From the human T2T-CHM13v2.0 reference genome, Homo sapiens: a stretch of DNA of 64,000 nucleotides. Under the pieces are notes generated by a model. It saw only the letters and a list, made by a program, of their open reading frames with translations. It was not told where the DNA came from and did not search any database. A program made the translations under genes and the position numbers. Below are positions 59,777 through 64,000 of this stretch, piece after piece; position 1 is the stretch's first letter; each line of letters starts with the position of its first letter. The stretch lies in assembly GCF_009914755.1 (NCBI RefSeq), contig NC_060938.1; one strand, written 5' to 3'.

Positions 59777-60239
59777 TGCAAGTTACTTTTGCAATATACA
59801 CTTTTCCTTTATTCTTTCTTCTGTGATGTATAAGTCTGCCAATGTAGTCAGTTCAAAGTAAAATAAAACAGAACATGATTTCCCAAGTCCCTTGCATGTG
59901 AAAGGGGCCATGTGACATGATTTTGGCTAGTGAGAGACAGATGAGTTTATTGCATGGAGCTTTCAGGAAATGTAGGTTTCTTTTTGCCCTTCATCTACTT
60001 GGAGCACTTGCGTGCAGGAACTTTGCTGTAACCAACAGTGCTGAAGATGTAAGAAGACTGGCAGAGCAGAAAGAGAGAAGGACACAGGATCTCATGCTGC
60101 TTTAAAAAGCTGTCATGGCATCTCTGAGTTGTCTACTTTCAGGATCCTTGATTTGTGAGAAAAACAATGTATTCTTTAGTTAAGCCACTTCAGTTGAGTC
60201 TCTGTTACATGCATCTGAACATAATAACAAGCTGATACA
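59777..60239 (+). mobile_element. MLT1I/J-like MaLR LTR
   Basis: TTTCCCAAGTCCCTTGCA...GGCCATGTGAC...TTAAGCCACT...TCTGTTACATGCA...CTGATACA. Confidence 0.75.
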
Positions 60240-60698
60240 TGCTCCACTAATTCAGCCTCATTTTCCACTAGCTCCACTTATTCATCTTTCAGTTACAACA
60301 CTGGAATTCCCTTGTGTCCATTTCTGAGTTTGGGCTTATGTACTTTCACCCCCACTGACCAGTCTGAAGAAAGTTTCTTGCTCTTGACATCAGCCTTTCC
60401 GTATGTTAAACATTCTTCCAGCCAAGTCAAGCCTCATCTCTGTGAAGTCTCCTCTTCCAACCAAATAATTTTTGAATTTCTACAGCAAATATCCTTTCTA
60501 CTACACTGAACTAAACTGTTATTTTCCTGTAACTTTATATGCTTTTGTTAAATTTAATACTCTGATTAGTTTATAAATTCTTTAAAAACCGATATTATTT
60601 CTAAATTTATGGGAATATACATTCTTGAAAGTCAGAGGCAACTTTTACATATTGCACCATTCACTGTTTCTTCCTCAAGCACCTCTATTCATCACACG

Positions 60699-61344
60699 GG
60701 TTAAGGTCTGAATGTTGGTGTAGCTCCAAAATCCATATGTTAAAATCTGAATCCCCAAGTTAATAGCATTAGGAGGTGATGCCTTTGGGTGATGATTACG
60801 CCATTAGGCTGGGCGTGGTGGCTCACGCCTGTAATCACAGCACTTTGGGAGGCTAAGGCAGGCGGATCACCTGAGGTCGGGAGTTTGAGACCAGCCTGAC
60901 CGACAGGGAGAAACCCTGTCTCTACTAAAAATACAAAATTAGCCAGGCGTGGTGGCACATGCCTGTAATCCCAGCTTCCCGGGAGGCGGAGGTGGCGCTG
61001 AGCTGAGATTGCACCATTGCACTCCAGCCTTAGCAACAAGAGTGAAACTCCATTTCAAACAAACAAACAAACAAACAAAAAACACCCTTAAGGTGGAACT
61101 CTTATGGTAGGGATAGTAACATTATAAAGGAGCCTCCAGAGAGCTAGCTGGTCCCTTCCATCACGTGAAGACAGCAAGAAGATGCCATCCTTGAACCAGG
61201 AAGTAAGTCGTCCCCAGACACCTAATCTGCCAGCACCTTGATCTTGGACTTCCCAAGCCCAGAACTATGAGAAATAAGTTTCTCTTGCTTATAATCCACA
61301 AAATTTATGGAATGTTGTTATAGGAGGCTGAAAGGACTAGGACA
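60699..61344 (+). mobile_element. MLT1A0-like LTR interrupted by an Alu
   Basis: GGTCTGAATGTT...CACCTTGATCTTGGACTTCCC...GACTAGGACA; imperfect 5-bp TSD ACACG/ACAAG. Confidence 0.9.
60807..61081 (+). mobile_element. AluSp-like element with internal deletion and (AAAC)n tail
   Basis: GAGGTCGGGAG, CCTGACC, GGAGAAACCC and GCAACAAGAG diagnostics; imperfect TSD ACGCCATTA/ACACCCTTA. Confidence 0.93.
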
Positions 61345-62644
61345 ACAAGTTCTCAAAAATGTACTTTGGGTATGTGTGCATCTACATTTCTCCAGTAGCA
61401 TCCTTTATTTAGGATGTTTTCACTCTGAAATATTTTGCATATGATTAAAAACAAACAAAAAATAAAACCTGTGTGTTCTCTTTCCTCCTCACCCACCTAC
61501 TCTACTGGAATTTTGTGAGGGACTATTTATGAGGTTGAAAAAATTAGCATTTGTATATAGTTACTGGCCAAACTCAGGAAAAACATAATGAAAAATAATA
61601 AATTATGTGTTTCTTTACAAATCTATCAATAAATTGCATTTGCATAAAAAGATGCATTGAATATAAAGCTTTGGAGAGTAAAATGGCTGCAACTTAAAGA
61701 TTTCCTGACAATCTTAAATCTTTCTAATAAAATATCTTTTATATTATTTTAAAACTCTAATCACTGTCTCTCCTAGGTTTGGATGAACTGAATGTGTCAG
61801 TATTAAAATCACAGCAGTCATTCTAACATAAAAATCACCAAGGGAAAAATGAAGATATGAATGCAATAGGATTTTTTTTCACACGCTATAAAGTTTTCCT
61901 CTTGTTAAGCTTTAAAGATTTTCTAGTGTTTGCCCACATTAGCACTATTTCTAACATACCTGACAGTTGTTAGACTGCCTACAATAAATGAAGTAGTGTT
62001 GAAAATAAAAGATGTGCCTACGTTAGCCATTTGAAATGAAATACTTTGGGCAAAGTGGAATTAAAATCTATATGGACACCTATCTCATGTGCTTTGTATT
62101 ATGCAAGTTTAGAATATGTTCCTTCTATTTAGTTCTCTTGTTTTAAGCACACTCTGGCTCATTTTGAGGGAGAGATCAGTACAGAGTTCATGGTTAATAT
62201 AAACCTACATCTCTCTACGTGGTCCTTACCTGGCTTCTTGGCTAATCACATGTGAACGCCAACTCACTTTTCTCTCCCTACGCCCACTGTCTTCTTTATC
62301 TTGTTTTCGTATTTACTCTAGGTTTAAGTCCACACAACAAAGCTTTTACTGTTGCCTTATTAGCTTGACATTAATCTGTATCTTTCTAGAAAAGTGTCTT
62401 TCTGGTCCCACAGGTGAGTAGTAGTGCACCAGGAAAATCCATGAAGTTTTCCCTAGAATAACATACAAAGGGCAGGTGTACACAGAGATGAGAGAAGGAA
62501 GTGTTGAACCTTCTCTCCTAGAGCTGGCAATCATGGGACTTCTGTGGCTCCATGGCTTCATGTTCTCCGTGGAAATCACGAGATAGAACTGTCCACAAGG
62601 ACTTTATCAATTTTTATAGCAGCTCTGACAGATTGAAGCTTCTT

Positions 62645-63466
62645 TTGTGTGAGTGTGTGTGTGTGTTTATTATACTTTAAGTTTTAGGGTACATGTGCAC
62701 AATGTGCAGGTTTGTTACATATGTATACATGTGCCATGCTGGTGTGCTGCACCCATTAACTCGTCATTTAGCATTAGGTATATCTCCTAATGCTATCCCT
62801 CCCCCCTCCCCCCACCCCACAACAGTCCCCAGAGTGTGATGTTCCCCTTCCTGTGTCCATGTGTTCTCATTGTTCAATTCCCATCTATGAATGAGAACAT
62901 GCGGTGTTTGGTTTTTTGTCCTTGCAATAGTTTACTGAGAATGATGATTTCCAATTTCATCCATGTCCCTACAAAGGACATGAACTCATCATTTTTTATG
63001 GCTGCATAGTATTCCATGATGTATATGTGCCACATTTTCTTAATGCAGTCTATCATTGTTGGACATTTGGGTTGGTTCCAAGTCTTTGCTATTGTGAATA
63101 GTGCCGCAATAAACATACGTGTGCATGTGTCTTTATAGCAGCATGATTTATAGTCCTTTGGGTATATACCCAGTAATGGGATGGCTGGGTCAAATGGTAT
63201 TTCTAGTTCTGGATCCCTGAGAAATGGCCACACTGACTTCCACAATGTTTGAACTAGTTTACAGTCCCACCAACAGTGTAAAAGTTTTCCTATTTCTCCA
63301 CATCCTCTCCAGCACCTGTTGTTTCCTGACTTCTTAGTGATTGCCGTTCTAACTGGTGTGAGATGGTATCTCATTGTGGTTTTGATTTGCATTTCTCTGA
63401 TGGCCAGTGATGATGAGCATTTTTTCATGTGTCTTTTGGCTGCATAAATGTCTTCTTTTGAGAAGT
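62645..63466 (-). mobile_element. 5'-truncated L1PA3/4-like LINE-1 (0.8 kb)
   Basis: ORF 62874-63428 is the ORF2 C-terminus ([15 protein letters not shown]); TSD CAGA(T/C)TGAAGCTTCTT at 62629-62644 and 63467-63482; TCTT/AA target. Confidence 0.97.
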
Positions 63467-63739
63467 CAGACTGAAGCTTCTTAAGTGCCTTTGCTTCGAA
63501 TACTGAAACAAAGCATTATCTGTTACTTTGACTTTAAACTGTACCCCCTTTTAAAGCAGTCTACCTCTCCAAAAAGTTAGAAAAGAAAAGCTTGTATTGA
63601 TAATGTAAAAGCATGAGTTTACGTAATAATCTTTGCTTAAATTTCTTACATTTAAAATGCTCAAAATCCATATGATTTTGTTTTTCACCTTGGCTATTGG
63701 TGATAAGCAAATAAGAGGCCATTAAGAATCTCATAGCAG

Positions 63740-64000
63740 AATGAGATACCATCTTACCCCAGTCAGAATGGCTACTACTAAAAACACACACACACACACA
63801 CAAAACAGATTTTGGTGAGAGTGTGGAGAAAAGGGAACTCATATACTGTCAGTAGGAATGTGAACTAGTACAGCCACTATAGAAAACAGCATGGAGATTT
63901 CCAGAAAACCTAAAAATAGTATTACTACTTGATCCAGTAATGTCACTTTTCTTATCTATCCAAAAGAAAATAAATCAATATATCAAAGGGATACCTGCCC
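63740..64000 (+). mobile_element. L1MA/L1PB-like ORF2 C-terminal fragment with internal (CA)n, running off the window end
   Basis: ATGAGATACCATCTTACCCCAGTCAGAATGGC...AACTAGTACAGCCACTATAGAAAACAG. Confidence 0.85.

Overview
This is AT-rich, CpG-depleted primate (human-like) non-coding genomic DNA, either intergenic or deep intronic. I recognise no protein-coding gene, RNA gene or CpG island. Roughly half of the window is interspersed repeats: L1s of many ages, five Alus, MaLR/ERV LTRs, one Tigger3a-type DNA transposon and MIR/L2 relics. Nearly all long ORFs in the track come from L1 ORF2, Alu or THE1 sequence. The best-supported structure is nested transposition with intact target-site duplications (TSDs). 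An end-to-end L1PA16-like element (14915-22609) carries an L1MA insert and a ~113-bp tandem array in its 5'UTR. An old L1MB (~32100-44600) holds a solo ERV1 LTR, an MST LTR and a complete THE1, and that THE1 in turn holds an AluY and a 2.9-kb L1PA3-like copy. The unique DNA has a few candidate enhancer-like blocks, a cluster of hairpins near 47.5-47.8 kb and several candidate cryptic or lncRNA exons; all are unverified. I found no convincing new biological system. Subfamily names are recalled from consensus sequences by eye and need Dfam/RepeatMasker confirmation.
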